The notes: generated by a model from the sequence alone, not told the origin. 64,000 bases of DNA from Candidatus Nanosyncoccus sp. (GCA_045604885.1 JAZUOY010000015.1:1424-65423); one strand, 5' to 3'; shown: positions 17,980 to 29,567, counted from the stretch's first letter. Numbers and translations: made by a program.

Positions 17980-20463
17980 ATGAGAGTATCGTTAAATGAA
18001 ATCAAAAAACTAGTTCCGCAAGCTGCAAAAATTGGGACAGATGAGCTAGTAAAACTGATTGGTGCAAGGTTAGTAGAAGTTGAGGAAGCAATCTCTCTTG
18101 CCCCAAAATATACTGGTATATATATTGTAAAAGTCGTAGAATGTGAAGCGATCCCAGACACCCACTTACATTTATGTAAAATTGACGCAGGAAAAAACGA
18201 ATTGATTCAGGTGGTTTGCGGTGCGCCAAATGTACATTCTGGGATGCTTGCCGTTTGGATTGCTCCTGGCAGTATTGTACCGCAAACTTACGGGGCAGAA
18301 GATTTCAAGCTAGATGTTAGAAAATTACGAGGCTATGAGAGTAACGGTATGCTCGCGGCGATAGACGAGCTAGATCTTGGTGATGACCATGAGGGAATTG
18401 CAGTGGTTAACCCTGCACAGAGGAATGCAAAAACGGGAGAAATAGTTCAGCCAGGTGATCGGTTTGCAGAGGTGTATGATTTAGATGATATCGTTCTTGA
18501 TATAGAAAATAAATCTCTTACGCATCGTCCTGATACTTTTGGACTCATTGGTTTCGCAAGAGAAGTAGCGGGCATTATGGGGGAAAAGTTTGACGAAAAG
18601 AACGAACTTCGTGTTGATAAAATGAAATTGCCTAACACGCTTGCACCAGTTATTACGATCTCTGACACTACTCTTTGTTCGCGTTATTCTTGCGCGGTGA
18701 TAGAATATGATGATAGCTTGAAAGACGATAAGTTTTTGACGGACATGGATATTTTCTTAGCGAAAGCTGGAATGCGTGGTATCTCGCGAATTGTAGATAT
18801 CACTAATTATCTCATGTTAATGACTGGACAGCCACTACATGCTTTTGACTATGATAAATTTATCGCGGTTGGACAATCTGGTGAGAATACAACGGACACC
18901 CCCCGCATTCTTATTCGTACCGCAAAAGATGGCGAGGAATTACAATTACTCGACGGAAAGATTATCACATGTGATGCGAACGATATTCTAATCACTAGCA
19001 ATGATGTTCCAGTTGCGCTAGCTGGAGCAATGGGTGGAGCCTCCACGGAAATTGATGCCTCAACAAAGAAGATTATTCTAGAATCAGCAAGTTTTTCACT
19101 CTATCATTTACGTAAAACTCAGATGAAACACGGCATCTTTTCTGAGGCAATTACACGATTTACGAAGGGGCAACCAGCTTCACAGACGATGTCAGTTCTA
19201 GAGAGTGCATGTCAGATGCTTGTTCCAAATGAAAAAGGTAGCAATGATGCGATACTCGCTATTGTAGATCAATATCCAGAACCGACCAAGGAAAGTGTTG
19301 TAAAAATTACAACATCTGAAATCAATGACTTATTAGGAACAAATTATGATATTGCAACAATAAAGCAAACCTTAGAAAATGTTGGTTTTGTAATTAAGAC
19401 TGAGCAGTCTCAGCTAGAAATTACAGCACCACTCTGGCGCACGGATATTCACATTAGAGAAGATATTATAGAAGAAGTGGGTCGTCTATTAGGCTATGAT
19501 AACATAGCTTTAGACTATCCGTTACGTCCTTTTGCCTGTGCGGAAAGTGATCCTTTGTTAAGACTCAAAAACCAATTGCGTACAATTCTTTCTGAACGTC
19601 TATCAGCACACGAGGTTTTATCCTACTCGTTTGTCAGTAAGAGATTGCAAGAAAGCGTGGGGGAAGATCCGTCTGATTCGTACGAAATTATCAATAGCAT
19701 ATCTCCAGAATTGCAATGTTTTCGTCAGAGTATTGTACCGTCACTACTGGAAAAAGTTCACGACAACTTGAAGGCTGGTTATAAGGATTTTTCACTGTAC
19801 GAGATTAATCAGGTGACGAAAAAATCCTACGGTTATGATGGTGATAACGTACCTAGGCTCTATACTCATCTTGCGTTCGTGACAGTAGGTGATTATTATC
19901 AGATGAAAGCAAATTTGGTTGCACTTTTAGATGAACTTGGTTTTTCTGGCAATTACGATTTTCGCCAATATGATGGTCATTTTCCGTTTTTGGAATCACG
20001 ACATTCCGCAACTATTACTACTCCACATATTTGTTGTGGCGAAGTCAAAATGTCTGTACTCAAAAAACTCAAGATTGATACGACAGTTAGTGCTTATGAA
20101 ATCGTATTAGAACATTTGCTAGAAGAATTACCGGCTACGACAGTGCAAGTGCCGCGTATCTCGCGTTATCCATCTACGGAAAGAGATCTTACTTTGAAGG
20201 TGTCTAACAATTATTCATTTGCACAGACGGAAACTGCGATTCGTCAAGCATTTGATCAGAATACGGAGTTAGTATATGATTTGGCAACCGTCTCAATTTA
20301 CCAGCCAAACAGTGCACCAGGTCGTGAAGTGACTAGTCGTAACATCACTTTCCGTCTGCATTTTGCAAGCTTGAAAAAAACTCTCACCAATGCAGAAATA
20401 TCTGTTATAATGGACACAGTTATCAAGAGTGTGAAGTCGGCAGTGGGCGCTGAAATCATCTAA
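17980..20463 (+). CDS. pheT: Phenylalanine--tRNA ligase beta subunit
   Basis: VVCGAPNV, LRGYESNGM, HRPD, QPLHAFD, WRTDI, ferredoxin-like C-terminus; directly after pheS. Confidence 0.97.
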   Translation: MRVSLNEIKKLVPQAAKIGTDELVKLIGARLVEVEEAISLAPKYTGIYIVKVVECEAIPDTHLHLCKIDAGKNELIQVVCGAPNVHSGMLAVWIAPGSIVPQTYGAEDFKLDVRKLRGYESNGMLAAIDELDLGDDHEGIAVVNPAQRNAKTGEIVQPGDRFAEVYDLDDIVLDIENKSLTHRPDTFGLIGFAREVAGIMGEKFDEKNELRVDKMKLPNTLAPVITISDTTLCSRYSCAVIEYDDSLKDDKFLTDMDIFLAKAGMRGISRIVDITNYLMLMTGQPLHAFDYDKFIAVGQSGENTTDTPRILIRTAKDGEELQLLDGKIITCDANDILITSNDVPVALAGAMGGASTEIDASTKKIILESASFSLYHLRKTQMKHGIFSEAITRFTKGQPASQTMSVLESACQMLVPNEKGSNDAILAIVDQYPEPTKESVVKITTSEINDLLGTNYDIATIKQTLENVGFVIKTEQSQLEITAPLWRTDIHIREDIIEEVGRLLGYDNIALDYPLRPFACAESDPLLRLKNQLRTILSERLSAHEVLSYSFVSKRLQESVGEDPSDSYEIINSISPELQCFRQSIVPSLLEKVHDNLKAGYKDFSLYEINQVTKKSYGYDGDNVPRLYTHLAFVTVGDYYQMKANLVALLDELGFSGNYDFRQYDGHFPFLESRHSATITTPHICCGEVKMSVLKKLKIDTTVSAYEIVLEHLLEELPATTVQVPRISRYPSTERDLTLKVSNNYSFAQTETAIRQAFDQNTELVYDLATVSIYQPNSAPGREVTSRNITFRLHFASLKKTLTNAEISVIMDTVIKSVKSAVGAEII

Positions 20464-20488
20464 TTCAGTTTTTATATAAAGGAGGTAT

Positions 20489-21193
20489 ATGGACGAATCA
20501 TTATTAAAAACTAGTGTAACACAGAGAATTTGGATCATTATTATTGCCATCTTTCTGCTCGGCTCTACGATCGCTACTTACGTTGCAATTGTGGCGTCGT
20601 CTAATAATACTAACACTAGTAGTCAGAGTGAGCTAGAGCAGCAATACTCTGACAAACAAGATGAAATTACGGCTTATGCAAATACACTTTCGGAGCATTA
20701 TTTACCAGAATTTTCTGGTGTGCGATCACAGGTGAAAGCATATAATGCGGAAGCTGCAAATAGTTCTGGTGTCCAGAAGAACGACCTTAAAGAAGGCGAC
20801 GGTAGGGAATTAACTACTGGCGATTTGGATTATTTTGCTTACTATGTTGGTTGGTGTGCGGACGAGACAGTTTTTGATTCATCTTACGACGATTTTTCCA
20901 ATCCGACTTCCCTCAAGGTACCACTCTACGCCGGACAAGGTTTAATTGAGGGATGGAACGAGGGCGTCGTGGGTATGAAGCTAGGCGGCATTAGAGAAAT
21001 CACAATGCCAGGTGAGTTGGCTTATGGTGAAACGCGTGAAATCTGTGGCGGCACAAATTCTCCGCTGAAGTTTATTATCCTCGCATTAGAATCAGATGAT
21101 AAATTGACTACGCTTAATAATGAACTTCAAGAACTATATATGCAAATTATGCAGCGTTACTATGTAAATTCTGGTAGTAACTCTAGCTATTAG
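20489..21193 (+). CDS. Membrane-anchored FKBP-type peptidyl-prolyl isomerase
   Basis: VFDSS, GLIEGWNEGVVGMKLGGIREITMPGELAYG; N-terminal TM; AAGGAGG RBS. Confidence 0.92.
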   Translation: MDESLLKTSVTQRIWIIIIAIFLLGSTIATYVAIVASSNNTNTSSQSELEQQYSDKQDEITAYANTLSEHYLPEFSGVRSQVKAYNAEAANSSGVQKNDLKEGDGRELTTGDLDYFAYYVGWCADETVFDSSYDDFSNPTSLKVPLYAGQGLIEGWNEGVVGMKLGGIREITMPGELAYGETREICGGTNSPLKFIILALESDDKLTTLNNELQELYMQIMQRYYVNSGSNSSY

Positions 21194-21218
21194 ATGAAGA
21201 AAGATTGAATAAACCGAT

Positions 21219-22430
21219 ATGATTTATCTAGATCATGCCGCTGCTACACCTGTTAGTAAAAAAGCTCTAGCTGCTATGATGCCATATTTTGCTGAGCAGT
21301 TTTTTAATCCATCATCGCCGTATCTTCCGGCTCATCATGTGAGGCAGAACTATGAATTTGCCAAATCCCAAATTGCACATACAATTGGCGCGAAAGGTAA
21401 TGATATTATCATTACTGCCGGTGCGACAGAATCCATTAATTTAGCTTTCACGGCAATTTCCTCAATCATAGCGGAACAACCAGATTACGAAGAGGGAAAA
21501 TTTAATATTATAATTTTATCTACGGAACACGCCTCTGTACGCGACACTGCTCGTGCAGTTGCGGAGCGTGATGGGCTAGAGATAAGAGAAGTTAAGGTAG
21601 ATAAAACTGGTTTAATTGACATAAAAAATTTTTGTGAAATGCTTGACCATAATACTATATTCGTGTCAATATCATTAGCGAATAATGAACTTGGTACGAT
21701 TCAGCCTTTGGCGGAAATTGGTGAAGCAATAGAAAAGGAACGACAGCAGCGCCTGACAAGAGCACGGATTTTGCCACTTTTCTTTCATTCTGATGCTTCT
21801 CAGGCATTTAATCTGTGTGATATTTCAGTTTCTAGAATGAATACTGATCTTTTAACGATCAACGCCGCAAAAGTCGGTGGTCCGAAAGGGGTCGCAGCAC
21901 TCTATGTAGCGCATGGTGTAAAACTAACTCCGCTTGTTCATGGAGGCGGTCAAGAGTTGGGATTGCGTTCTGGCACGGAAAATGTTCCAGGAGTAATGGG
22001 CTTTGCAGCAGCAGTGACAGAAGCTAAAGAACACTTGTCCGGTAACCGTAAAAAATATGAGAAACTTCGTCAGATTCTACGAGACGAACTACAAAAATGT
22101 GAAATTGAACCAATTTTCTTAGGAAATCAGAAACATCAGTTAACCAATTTTTTGCCGGTGAGTTTTCCAGGGGTAGATGCAGAACGTCTGATCTATCGTT
22201 TAGAAGAAAAACAAGTTTATTTATCAACTGGTGCGGCGTGTGCCGCAAACAAAGGCACGATTTCCCATGTGTTAACCGCAATTGGTTTGCCAGAAGAAGA
22301 GATTGCTGGTTCGTTACGAATTTCTTTGGGTGTGCTGAATACGGAAGAAAATGTTCGTGAAGCAGGCAAAATTATTTGTCAGGCGGTAGCGGCAGAATTA
22401 TCATTAGTAAAGGGGCAGGAAAATGCCTAA
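21219..22430 (+). CDS. iscS: Cysteine desulfurase (IscS/NifS type)
   Basis: IYLDHAAATP, NNELGTIQP, HSDASQA, AKVGGPKG, RSGTEN, STGAACA motifs. Confidence 0.95.
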   Translation: MIYLDHAAATPVSKKALAAMMPYFAEQFFNPSSPYLPAHHVRQNYEFAKSQIAHTIGAKGNDIIITAGATESINLAFTAISSIIAEQPDYEEGKFNIIILSTEHASVRDTARAVAERDGLEIREVKVDKTGLIDIKNFCEMLDHNTIFVSISLANNELGTIQPLAEIGEAIEKERQQRLTRARILPLFFHSDASQAFNLCDISVSRMNTDLLTINAAKVGGPKGVAALYVAHGVKLTPLVHGGGQELGLRSGTENVPGVMGFAAAVTEAKEHLSGNRKKYEKLRQILRDELQKCEIEPIFLGNQKHQLTNFLPVSFPGVDAERLIYRLEEKQVYLSTGAACAANKGTISHVLTAIGLPEEEIAGSLRISLGVLNTEENVREAGKIICQAVAAELSLVKGQENA

Positions 22431-23481
22431 TATGAAAACAGTTTTTTTGGGAATGTCAGGCGGAGTGGATTCGTCGCTTTCAGCAGTATTACTCAAAGAG
22501 CAAGGCTATCATGTAGTTGGTGTGTATATGAAAAACTGGTCGCGTGATTTGCCAGGCATGAAATGTCCTTGGGCGGAAGATCTAGCGGATGCGAAGCGTG
22601 TAGCGGTGAGGTTAGGAATTGATTTTAGAGTGTATGATTTTGAAAAGGCTTACAAACAACGAGTTGTAGATTACATGCTGGATGAATTTAAAAAAGGGCG
22701 CACGCCAAATCCGGATATAATGTGCAATCAAGAAATTAAGTTTAAACTATTCTATGAAACGGCAAGAGAACAGGGCGCGGATTTGATTGCGACTGGACAT
22801 TATGCACGCATTTCCGCTTCTGGTCAGCTTTTACGTGCGGTTGACGAGAACAAAGATCAGACTTATTTCTTGTATAGAATTTCTGATGATGCTCTTTCTC
22901 ATACATTGTTTCCAATTGGTAATATGATGAAAAGCGAAGTCAAAGAAATGGCGGCTAAAAAAGGGCTAGACAATGCCTACAAAAAAGAGTCCATGGGTGT
23001 ATGTTTTGTCGGTGAAGTTGGAATGAAAGATTTTCTAAAAGAGTATATTGATATACGGCCAGGAGAAATACGTGATGCGGAAAGTGGGGTTGTACTCGGT
23101 ATGCATGAAGGGGCAGTATTTTATACGGTTGGTCAACGTCATGGTCTAAAAGTGGGTGGTGGCCTGCCATACTATGTTGTAAAAAAAGATATGCAACAAA
23201 ATATCGTATATGTCTCTAGTAACTTAAATAATGAGGACTTGTGGACGACGGAACTAAAACTAGAAGATGTGATTTTGCGTAACGAGCAGAGTAATGCGGC
23301 AGATTTGCCAATTTTGGTGCGTTTGCGTCACCGCGCGCCGCTCTTACCAGCGAAATTAAATTGTACACAATCCAATTCAGCAACAGTATCTTTTGAAAAC
23401 GCGGTCAAAGCACCTGCAACTGGACAGTCCGTGGTGTTTTATGGCGACGAGGTCTGTCTTGGCGGTGGCATCATAGTCTAG
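22423..23481 (+). CDS. mnmA: tRNA 2-thiouridylase
   Basis: GMSGGVDSS, PNPDIMCN, ATGHYA, KDQTYFL, ESMGVCF, TGQS motifs. Confidence 0.98.
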   Translation: MPNMKTVFLGMSGGVDSSLSAVLLKEQGYHVVGVYMKNWSRDLPGMKCPWAEDLADAKRVAVRLGIDFRVYDFEKAYKQRVVDYMLDEFKKGRTPNPDIMCNQEIKFKLFYETAREQGADLIATGHYARISASGQLLRAVDENKDQTYFLYRISDDALSHTLFPIGNMMKSEVKEMAAKKGLDNAYKKESMGVCFVGEVGMKDFLKEYIDIRPGEIRDAESGVVLGMHEGAVFYTVGQRHGLKVGGGLPYYVVKKDMQQNIVYVSSNLNNEDLWTTELKLEDVILRNEQSNAADLPILVRLRHRAPLLPAKLNCTQSNSATVSFENAVKAPATGQSVVFYGDEVCLGGGIIV

Positions 23482-23534
23482 ATTTTTTCGCGGAATTGGT
23501 GTATAATGTTACAGTTTACGAGGTAACAGGCGGC

Positions 23535-26420
23535 ATGGATGATAATGTAATCAAAATCAGGGGCGCGAGGCAGCACAATCTCAAAAATATAGATGTAGAT
23601 ATTCCGCGCGATAAGTTAGTGGTCCTGACTGGATTATCTGGTTCAGGTAAGTCTAGTCTGGCTTTTGACACAATTTACGCTGAGGGTCAGCGTCGCTATG
23701 TAGAAAGTTTGTCATCTTATGCCCGAATGTTTCTCGGCGTAATGGATAAACCTGATGTAGATACGATTTCAGGGTTATCTCCAGCGATTTCTATTGATCA
23801 AAAATCTACTTCACGTAATCCGCGTTCTACGGTTGCAACTGTGACGGAGGTTTACGACTATTTGCGTTTGCTTTTCGCGAGGGTAGGAGTGCCGCATTGT
23901 CCGATTTGTCACTCTGAAGTATCTCGCAGAACCGCAGAAGATATCGTAAATGAAGTGATGAAATTACCACTTGGTAGTAAATTGATGCTACTTGCGCCAA
24001 TCGTTCAACAGAAAAAAGGTGAGTTTCTTCACATTCCAGAGCAATATCGTGCTAAAGGTTTTTCTCGTGTTCGTGTGGATGGTGTGATTTATGCTTTGGA
24101 TGAGTTTCCGGAGCTAGCTAAGCAAGAGCGTCACGATATTGAAATCGTAGTGGATCGTTTTATCTTATCGCCAGATTTATTGTCGCGCATCTCTGGCAGT
24201 ATTGAACAAGCACTTGATCTTGGGCAGGGTATCATTCAAGTTCTAAAGATTACGGATAATTCCACTGCTCTGGATGAAAAAGGTACTGGCGTTGATAATA
24301 CTGAAGTTCTGACTTATTCTCAGCGTTACGCCTGTCCGAATCACCCAGACGAGTTGATTCCGGAGCTAGAACCACGCCTCTTCTCTTTCAATGCGCCGCA
24401 AGGTGCATGTCCGACTTGTACTGGACTTGGTACACGTTTAGAAATTGATCCAGAGCTGGTCTTTAACCCAAATTTAACGATTGCGGAAGGTGGGATTCGT
24501 CCGTTTAATCGGGTGACTCAAGATTCTTGGTGGCTGAAGCGGTTAGATGCTGTCGGCAAGAAAAATGGCTTTTCTATTCATGTACCGATTCGCGATCTAT
24601 CTGACGAAGTAAAGCAGAAGATCCTTTATGGTACTGGCGCACAGAAATACACTGTGAGAATTTCTGGTTCTGGTAAATGGAAAGAAGGTGCGGTCTATGA
24701 GTCAACTTATGAAGGTGTCATTCCGACTTTAGAGCGTCGTCACCGTGAGACAGATTCAGATTTTATTCGTAAAGATATTGAACGTTTTATGCGAGTACGA
24801 GAATGTCAAACTTGCCATGGTGCAAGATTAAGGCCAGTAGTTCTAGCTGTAACGATTCACGGACTTAATATTATAGATATGTGTAATTTAGACGTGGATG
24901 CAACTCTAGAAGTACTAAACAAAGATTTGGAATTTACAGAAGCGGAGCATCAAATTGCCGATCCAATTTTAAAAGAAATCCGCGAACGCGTGAAATTTAT
25001 GCAAGATGTTGGTCTAGGCTATTTGGAACTTGGTCGAGCAGCGAACACATTGTCAGGTGGCGAAGCGCAACGGATTCGTTTAGCAACTCAAATTGGTTCA
25101 GGCTTGCAAGGAGTATTATATGTTCTTGATGAGCCTAGTATCGGTCTTCATCAGCGCGACAATGACAAATTAATTGCTACGCTTAAACATTTGCGTGATC
25201 TTAAAAATACAGTTCTCGTTGTAGAGCATGATGAAGATACGATGCTCTCTTCTGACTATGTGATTGACATTGGACCGGGTGCAGGTGTGAATGGTGGTAG
25301 AGTTGTGGCTGCTGGTACACCAACGGAAGTAATGCAAAATCCTAATTCGTTAACAGGACAGTATCTGGCTGGGACAAAGAAGATCACTGTGCCGAAGAAA
25401 CGACGCAAGGCGAAGAAAGGTCAATTTATAGAGGTAATCGGTGCGAGGGAAAACAACCTGAAAAATATCAATGTTAAGTTTCCACTTGGAGTGATGACGG
25501 TAGTCTCTGGGGTATCTGGTTCTGGTAAATCAACCCTTGTTAATGATATTCTCGCCAATGAACTTTTGGCGCGTCTTCATCGTGCGCAAACTGTGCCTGG
25601 TACTCACGAGAGAATTGATGGTATAGAAAACTTGGATAAATGTATCGTGATAGATCAGAGTCCGATCGGACGTACGCCGCGTTCTAATCCAGCAACTTAC
25701 ACTGGGGTATTTAACCAAATTAGGGAATTATTTGCTGCGCAGCCCGAAGCAGAGGTACGGGGTTATAAGGCGGGACGTTTTTCCTTTAATGTCAAAGGCG
25801 GTCGCTGTGAAACCTGTCAAGGCGATGGCGTCAATAAGATAGAAATGCACTTTTTACCGGATGTTTATGTTACCTGTCCGGCTTGTCATGGTAAACGTTA
25901 TAATCGGGAAGCACTAGAAATCAAATACAAAGACAAGACAATTGCTGATGTGCTTGATATGACGATAGATGAGGCAGTAGAATTTTTCGCGAACATTCCG
26001 TCTATTGCCCCGAAACTTCGCACTATTCAAGAGGTTGGACTAGGCTACATTCGTCTAGGTCAGCCGGCTACTACTTTTTCTGGTGGCGAGGCACAGCGGA
26101 TTAAACTTGCCACAGAATTAGCACGCCGTAGCACAGGCAAGACTCTTTATATTTTAGACGAGCCGACTACTGGGCTCCATACAGCGGATGTTGGGCGCTT
26201 GCTTGATATTCTCAACCGTCTAGTAGATGGTGGTAATTCCATGATTATCATCGAACATAATTTGCATGTCATTAAATCTGCAGATTGGGTGATTGATATG
26301 GGACCAGAAGGTGGACAACATGGTGGCATGGTGGTAGCAGAGGGGACGCCAGAAGAGCTAGCGAAGTCCGCTCAGACTCCGACCGGGCAATACCTGCGCC
26401 TTTATCTTGACAAAAAGTAG
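23535..26420 (+). CDS. uvrA: Excinuclease ABC subunit A; probable start 23535
   Basis: [10 protein letters not shown], two Walker A motifs ([16 protein letters not shown]), zinc fingers, LSGGEAQR. Confidence 0.98.
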   Translation: MDDNVIKIRGARQHNLKNIDVDIPRDKLVVLTGLSGSGKSSLAFDTIYAEGQRRYVESLSSYARMFLGVMDKPDVDTISGLSPAISIDQKSTSRNPRSTVATVTEVYDYLRLLFARVGVPHCPICHSEVSRRTAEDIVNEVMKLPLGSKLMLLAPIVQQKKGEFLHIPEQYRAKGFSRVRVDGVIYALDEFPELAKQERHDIEIVVDRFILSPDLLSRISGSIEQALDLGQGIIQVLKITDNSTALDEKGTGVDNTEVLTYSQRYACPNHPDELIPELEPRLFSFNAPQGACPTCTGLGTRLEIDPELVFNPNLTIAEGGIRPFNRVTQDSWWLKRLDAVGKKNGFSIHVPIRDLSDEVKQKILYGTGAQKYTVRISGSGKWKEGAVYESTYEGVIPTLERRHRETDSDFIRKDIERFMRVRECQTCHGARLRPVVLAVTIHGLNIIDMCNLDVDATLEVLNKDLEFTEAEHQIADPILKEIRERVKFMQDVGLGYLELGRAANTLSGGEAQRIRLATQIGSGLQGVLYVLDEPSIGLHQRDNDKLIATLKHLRDLKNTVLVVEHDEDTMLSSDYVIDIGPGAGVNGGRVVAAGTPTEVMQNPNSLTGQYLAGTKKITVPKKRRKAKKGQFIEVIGARENNLKNINVKFPLGVMTVVSGVSGSGKSTLVNDILANELLARLHRAQTVPGTHERIDGIENLDKCIVIDQSPIGRTPRSNPATYTGVFNQIRELFAAQPEAEVRGYKAGRFSFNVKGGRCETCQGDGVNKIEMHFLPDVYVTCPACHGKRYNREALEIKYKDKTIADVLDMTIDEAVEFFANIPSIAPKLRTIQEVGLGYIRLGQPATTFSGGEAQRIKLATELARRSTGKTLYILDEPTTGLHTADVGRLLDILNRLVDGGNSMIIIEHNLHVIKSADWVIDMGPEGGQHGGMVVAEGTPEELAKSAQTPTGQYLRLYLDKK

Positions 26421-26525
26421 AAAGTGTGCTATAATGAAGACATGTGGGACTAAAGGTCCCTACTCTTGCATTTTCTGCCAAAATAAGGTAAAATAGTCAG
26501 AAGTTAGAAGAAAAAAGGAATAATT

Positions 26526-27215
26526 ATGTCTGACAATAAATTGTCTTTAGAAAAGCGTACTTTGACTGGAAAAAAACTTTCTGGTCTACGTGCAGATGGT
26601 TTAATCCCATCTGTGATTTATGGCGAGGGTGAGCCAATTCTTGCACAGTCTGCATATAATGAAACAGAAAAAGTTTTACATAATGCAGGTTATCATTCCA
26701 CCATTGATATGGATGTTGCAGGCCAAAAATCCATGGCGATTGCCAAAGATGTTGCAATTGATCCAGTTTCTCGCAAAATTATCAATATTGAATTTCAGGC
26801 GGTATCTGCTGATAAACCAGTAGAGGCTACTACGCCAATTGTCCTAGAAGGCTATGATGCGTCTGAGGCTAACAAGTTGCACTATACTCTACTCCAGGTG
26901 ATGGAAGAAATCAGTGTCAAGGCGAAACCAGCTGACCTGCCAAAGCAATTAACAGTTGATGCGTCCAAGATGGCAACATTAGAAGATAAAATTACCGTTT
27001 CTGACATTGTGTTGCCAGAAGGTGTCGTTTTAGCGGATAAGGAGCTTGACAAAGATCAGGTTATTGCTAATCTTTATGATCCAGCTGCTGAGGCTGCTGC
27101 TCGTGAGGCTGAAGAGGCTGCCGCCAAAGAAGCAACTGATGCTGCAGACGTTCCATCTGATAATGGTAGCAAGCCAGAAGAAGCAGGCGAGACAAAAGAA
27201 GAAAACAAAGAATAG
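26526..27215 (+). CDS. rplY: 50S ribosomal protein L25 (long/CTC form)
   Basis: LRADGLIPSVIYG, DPVSRKIINIEF, acidic C-terminal tail, high-expression codon use. Confidence 0.93.
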   Translation: MSDNKLSLEKRTLTGKKLSGLRADGLIPSVIYGEGEPILAQSAYNETEKVLHNAGYHSTIDMDVAGQKSMAIAKDVAIDPVSRKIINIEFQAVSADKPVEATTPIVLEGYDASEANKLHYTLLQVMEEISVKAKPADLPKQLTVDASKMATLEDKITVSDIVLPEGVVLADKELDKDQVIANLYDPAAEAAAREAEEAAAKEATDAADVPSDNGSKPEEAGETKEENKE

Positions 27216-27282
27216 ATTTTCATACTTGAAATAATTTTTCTTGTGCGATACAATTACTTTACCGTAAAAAGGATAATGTGAA

Positions 27283-27642
27283 GTGAGTCATACTCTTAAT
27301 GAAGTTTTGAGCAACCCTGCCGTTCGTAGTATGAACGAACAGCTAGGTAAACTGTCTGGTGGGTTGCAGTTTAAAATTAAAACATTTCCATCGGGAGAAT
27401 GGACCGCCGAGTCTACAAATATTAGTGGTATTGTAACTGGTGGCGGTCAAGATGACGATATGGATGGGATGATTAAGGATGCAATCTTTACTTTCTTTGA
27501 AATACCAAAAGATTATTGTATTGGTAAACTATTAAAACAGGTGGGCGAAAACGAAAAGGAACGGGGGAAGGCCACCTATTTGATTGATCCTGGTGTTGTG
27601 TCCTTGCAAGACATATCCAGAAATGAACAAGAAAATTTATAG
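27283..27642 (+). CDS. HicB-like antitoxin-domain protein
   Basis: EWTAES...GIVTGG...MIKDAIFTFF resembles the HicB N-terminal fold; GTG start after aagga. Confidence 0.55.
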   Translation: MSHTLNEVLSNPAVRSMNEQLGKLSGGLQFKIKTFPSGEWTAESTNISGIVTGGGQDDDMDGMIKDAIFTFFEIPKDYCIGKLLKQVGENEKERGKATYLIDPGVVSLQDISRNEQENL

Positions 27643-27705
27643 AGATCTCAAAAAACTTGGTTTTACAGATCGAGAATTAAATGAAGCGTTGAAGAAATCT
27701 TAGTA

Positions 27706-29514
27706 TTATTTCTTCTTCAACGCCTCGCAGTTAGCAATTAATCGTTCGCGGAAAGCGTCCTGAGCAGCGGAACGGTTGTCATTATTGCCATGCCAAGTTT
27801 CTAGGGCTGGGGTTTGCAAGGCACGGGAGAACGAGAAAGTAACAGGCCATGGGAAAGGACCATTATTGGTGACGGCTTGTAGGTTGTTGGTGGCTTGTTC
27901 TACATTCTGACCGCCAGATAGGAACACGACACCAGCAATGTTTTCTGGTACATGTGACTTGAGTACATCGGCAGTGGTACGACCAACCTCTTCTGGCGTA
28001 GATTGAACTGGATATTTTTTGCCAGCTAACACCATATTGACCTTGAGGATGCAAGCGTCTAGCTTGACGCCGGCCTTGGCTAATTCATCAAAGAGCATAT
28101 CTAAGACCTTGCCTGTAATATCGGCTGACTGTTCTAGGGTGTAATTACCATCATAAACAACTTCTGGTTCTACGATCGGTACAAGGTTGTTGTCCTGACA
28201 GAGTTTAGCATATTCGGCGAGGAGCTGACTGTTTTTGGTGAGAGCCATTTCGCTCGGCTTGCCCAAGTCAATTTCGTAAGCGGCACGCCATTTGCAGAAA
28301 CGTAAGCCCTGAGCATAATAGGCTGGTAAGCGTTTCTTAAGGGATTCTATGCCTTTGGTGTATTTTTCATCGCTATCTGGGAAATCTGCTAAACCTTCAT
28401 CTACTTTGACGCCTGGAACGATCCCATGGGCAGTCAAATAAGAAACGAAATCACGTCCATCGTCAGCTTTTTGGTGGGTAGTTTCATCAAAGAGAATTAC
28501 AGCATTAACATAGCGCTCCAGCTCTGGGGTAGAAAGTAGAATGTTACGATAGTCGCGACGATGCTGCTCGTCATCTGGGATCATTAGACCTTGGAACTTC
28601 TGATGGATGTTGCCACCAGATTCGTCAGCTGCGAGGATGCCCTTACCAGCGGCTACCATAGTTGCGGCAACTAGGCGAATATCGGTCTCTTCGGTTTTTT
28701 GCGTGTTGGCGATGGATTTAATTTTTTCATACGGTAAAGTACCAGAGAGGGAAGATCCTTCGGCGTTGATTTTGGCGTAGCGTAGAGCATCCTTAACGGA
28801 AACCCCCTTTACTAAAGCTCCAAAAACAGTAGCAGCAATAATGGAATGTACGGTCAAGTGGGTCATAAGATCTGTACGTTCAACACGCCAAAGCTGAGTA
28901 TGACCATTTAGAGTAATATCTTGATCAGAAATGTAGCAAATTGAAGCGTTAGTATTGATTCCGCTCAAATCTTCTTCGCTGAAGATGAGACTTGCCATTT
29001 CTAAGAGTTTGCGATCGGCATCCGTCAAATCCTTTGCGGCATAAACAGCTACTCGTGTCCTAGAAGACATTGCGAGGAAGTTTTTTAGCTCTTTGATCAG
29101 GCCGTCAGTCACGCCAGTGGTGCGGTCAATATAGATCCAATCTACAGCTTCTTCTGGATTAATCCAGGATGTTTCCTCTCTTTCGTTTGGGACGAGATAA
29201 GAAATCTTGTTGCCATGGCAGAGCATATAGCGGTAACCATCAGCGTGTTGACCATTGGAAACGATTTCTCCACCAGCGAATCCAAGTTTCGCTCCGGCGA
29301 TGCGAGCAGATAGATCATAGCGATTAAGCACCTCTAAGGCAATTGCGGCACCACCGTAAATACTAATTCTACGGAAGAACTTATGCGAGCTACCGTCAAA
29401 ACCAAAGTCTAACCATGGTGTGCCATGCTCGTCTGTTTCAAAGTTGTTTAAGCGTTCGTCCATCCGGAGATAGACATCTTTTAGTACATTCCCAATTATC
29501 AATATATTACTCAT
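27706..29514 (-). CDS. fba: Fusion of a degenerate PfkB-like domain and class I fructose-bisphosphate aldolase; probable start 29514
   Basis: C-terminal half has KGILAADES, KVDEG, FCKWRA, IVEPEV, ILKVNMV, FLSGGQ, FSFSRALQ; N-terminal half has PfkB-like IGNVLKDVY and GGAAIA. Confidence 0.9.
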   Translation of the reverse strand: MSNILIIGNVLKDVYLRMDERLNNFETDEHGTPWLDFGFDGSSHKFFRRISIYGGAAIALEVLNRYDLSARIAGAKLGFAGGEIVSNGQHADGYRYMLCHGNKISYLVPNEREETSWINPEEAVDWIYIDRTTGVTDGLIKELKNFLAMSSRTRVAVYAAKDLTDADRKLLEMASLIFSEEDLSGINTNASICYISDQDITLNGHTQLWRVERTDLMTHLTVHSIIAATVFGALVKGVSVKDALRYAKINAEGSSLSGTLPYEKIKSIANTQKTEETDIRLVAATMVAAGKGILAADESGGNIHQKFQGLMIPDDEQHRRDYRNILLSTPELERYVNAVILFDETTHQKADDGRDFVSYLTAHGIVPGVKVDEGLADFPDSDEKYTKGIESLKKRLPAYYAQGLRFCKWRAAYEIDLGKPSEMALTKNSQLLAEYAKLCQDNNLVPIVEPEVVYDGNYTLEQSADITGKVLDMLFDELAKAGVKLDACILKVNMVLAGKKYPVQSTPEEVGRTTADVLKSHVPENIAGVVFLSGGQNVEQATNNLQAVTNNGPFPWPVTFSFSRALQTPALETWHGNNDNRSAAQDAFRERLIANCEALKKK

Positions 29515-29567
29515 GCTTTCAGTATAGCACAAGATAATAAAAGAGGTCAAAAAATTATGAAAATCAC

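Noticed and set aside
26445-26460. Hairpin gggactaaaggtccc in the rplY leader as an autoregulatory element
   Set aside because: A single short stem with no comparative support; plausible but not distinguishable from chance
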